Shown piece by piece: positions 31,141 through 32,000 of a DNA stretch of 32,000 nt. The position numbers and the translations under genes were made by a program. The DNA comes from Amoeboradix gromovi X-113 (taxonomy: Eukaryota > Fungi > Sanchytriomycota). The DNA lies in assembly GCA_018985225.1 (NCBI GenBank), contig JADGIF010000025.1:3451-35450 (forward strand), given 5' to 3'. Positions within the stretch are counted from its first letter, which is position 1. Each line of letters begins with the position of its first letter. The notes beneath the pieces are model-generated. The model was given only the letters and a program-made list of their open reading frames with translations. It was not told the DNA's origin and searched no databases.

Positions 31141-31896
31141 ATGTTTTATTTAATTAAAATCTCAAACTCTATTAACATAAGCTACCCCACTCAGGGTATT
31201 CAAGGAGAAATCATGGAAAGCTGCAATTTACAGAACTTACCAAAGCAATGTTCACTACCTACAGAATGCGAGTTTAAATTCAGTGGTAATTTGAAACTCC
31301 TAGTAGATCAAGTGAGTGAATGTAACAGATGTAAGAATGACTATATAAGTGTACTTACCTGTTTAGGATCGAATTCTACTATGTACAAAGATTGTCAGCT
31401 GAGTTGGGACTTAAAATGTAGTCGGATAGACAACGAAAACTGTTATGCGAACACCCTTTCTCACTTAAATCGCAGATATAATGATACAGATCAAATCAAC
31501 TTTGACTTGTTAAATAATACTAATCCTGGATTCGAGTGCAATGAGTGTACCAGGCAGTTTATTACAATGTCGAATCTGATGAAATCAATTGACTCTGCTT
31601 CAAATCAAGTTGTAAAAGATCATTGCGGTTCTGGCTTCTTGGATGATGTTCGAATACTTGCACTTGACCCCTATAAATGGGAATTACTATATTTAATTGG
31701 GGGATTTATGTCCTTCTTTTTAATAATTATAATTTGCATTTTTGTCTACAAATACAAAAAAGGTCCAGAGTCTTTTAAACCACTCTCTGAGAAAGAGCCA
31801 TCAACAGTCCGCAGAATTAGTTTATTTTCATCTCCTATATCTGATTTAAATTTGAATGGACCGAATGAGGCACAATCTAAAAGCGTGACATTTTAA
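31141..31896 (+). CDS. Cys-rich single-pass membrane protein
   Basis: Cys-rich ectodomain, one TM (LLYLIGG..FVY) followed by KYKK. Confidence 0.65.
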   Translation: MFYLIKISNSINISYPTQGIQGEIMESCNLQNLPKQCSLPTECEFKFSGNLKLLVDQVSECNRCKNDYISVLTCLGSNSTMYKDCQLSWDLKCSRIDNENCYANTLSHLNRRYNDTDQINFDLLNNTNPGFECNECTRQFITMSNLMKSIDSASNQVVKDHCGSGFLDDVRILALDPYKWELLYLIGGFMSFFLIIIICIFVYKYKKGPESFKPLSEKEPSTVRRISLFSSPISDLNLNGPNEAQSKSVTF

Positions 31897-31931
31897 AGTT
31901 TTTAGATAGGACATCATGAATTGAAGCATAA

Positions 31932-32000
31932 GGGACATCAAATATAAAAAGTAGACTAACTTTCTGAAGCAACTTGGAACATTATTTCAGCTTTATTAAT
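31932..32000 (+). mobile_element. MITE copy 3, left end; truncated by the window edge
   Basis: gggacatcaaatataaaaagtagactaactttctgaa matches the TIR and adjacent sequence. Confidence 0.8.

Overview
AT-rich, very gene-dense eukaryotic DNA. It is most consistent with a genome-compacted early-diverging fungus or close relative (inference from CBM18-chitin deacetylase, paxillin, and shortened Nug1/Noc4/Bst1/Trm61/Elp2). About 20 host genes are present. Seven splice-restorable introns are only 19-21 nt (GTAY...YTAAYTTAG), and many stop codons overlap AATAAA. The main accessory signal is a family of about 10 dispersed, degenerate copies of an IS607-like element. The longer copies join a remnant of the IS607 TnpA MerR-type HTH (consensus YVKFKEITDRYSIHSSTLRNWSKHGRIRCLSMP) to the C-terminus of a Fanzor2 nuclease (YDFLYLPSFNTSQM...NESFTSQICTRCG...CTNC...DRDHMAARNI). 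All copies keep part or all of a structured ~110-nt right end (candidate omegaRNA) ending ...CAGGACTTTTAAYGNGGAG, each followed by a different flank. Several of these ends lie 3-45 bp from host start codons. A second, unrelated TIR MITE family brackets a three-gene chitin deacetylase cluster in inverted orientation. No intact Fanzor or TnpA gene lies in the window. All calls come from manual reading; no database searches were run.
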